Shown: positions 63,754 through 64,000 of the stretch, piece after piece
How positions within the stretch are numbered: the stretch's first letter is position 1
How the letters are laid out: each line of letters opens with the position of its first letter
Assembly: GCA_963663165.1 (NCBI GenBank)
Contig: OY760175.1
Coordinates: 1,088,001-1,152,000, forward strand
DNA length: 64,000 nucleotides
DNA from: an uncultured Desulfospira sp.
GTDB lineage: Bacteria; Desulfobacterota; Desulfobacteria; Desulfobacterales; Desulfobacteraceae
Reading direction: 5' to 3'
The notes under the pieces: model-generated
What the model was told of the DNA's origin: nothing
The model's input: only the letters and a program-made list of their open reading frames with translations
The model's database searches: none
Translations under genes and position numbers: made by a program

Positions 63754-64000
63754 ATTTTATCCTTGTCAACTCTTTTTAACAACCGGTTCGGATTTGCACC
63801 GTTCATTTTTTGGATATTTTTCAAGCCGAAAATTACCCCAACAAAATTAGTATAGCTTTATCTTCGCCTATATTTTTTCCTTGACTTCATCCCCTTTTGT
63901 TACTAATGAATAGAACGAAAATGCGTTAAACAGCAATCCAAAAGAGATTTCATGCAGGTTGATTTTCAAGCGACGGGCACCACTCCCCCCTGGATTGTAT

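Noticed and set aside
63636..64000. Moco/Wco riboswitch upstream of the Mo operon
   Set aside because: I could not recognise the conserved structure by eye; an Infernal scan against Rfam would decide.

Overview
Chromosomal window of a sulfate-reducer-like deltaproteobacterium (Desulfobacteraceae-like; inferred from gene content only). It holds four two-gene operons for cytoplasmic Mo/W-bisPGD enzymes of the pyrogallol-transhydroxylase family plus Fe-S subunits, beside three different regulator types (GntR, IclR, sigma54 activator). An identical 18-bp near-palindrome (TATGCAAAATTACATACA) sits upstream of the divergent Mo-enzyme operon at 63.6 kb and of a small-Cys-protein/moeA/cyclase/cyclase/gntR cluster 55 kb away, suggesting one split, uncharacterised catabolic regulon. 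Housekeeping blocks are ftsEX-envC-ctpA-yibQ, tatD, tatA, sigma54-driven glnD-glnB-glnA and mltB. A tRNA-Glu(CTC) is followed by an integrase-less defence island: PIN + XRE-ImmA pair, M48 peptidase, type I RM, a DUF262-HNH-Schlafen(AlbA_2) fusion and a degenerate PLD protein. The right half has two pseudogenes, a dispersed two-hairpin ~90-bp repeat family, heptamer-armed palindromes and two 124-bp MITEs with 10-bp target duplications. All family calls come from motif recognition by eye; no searches were run.
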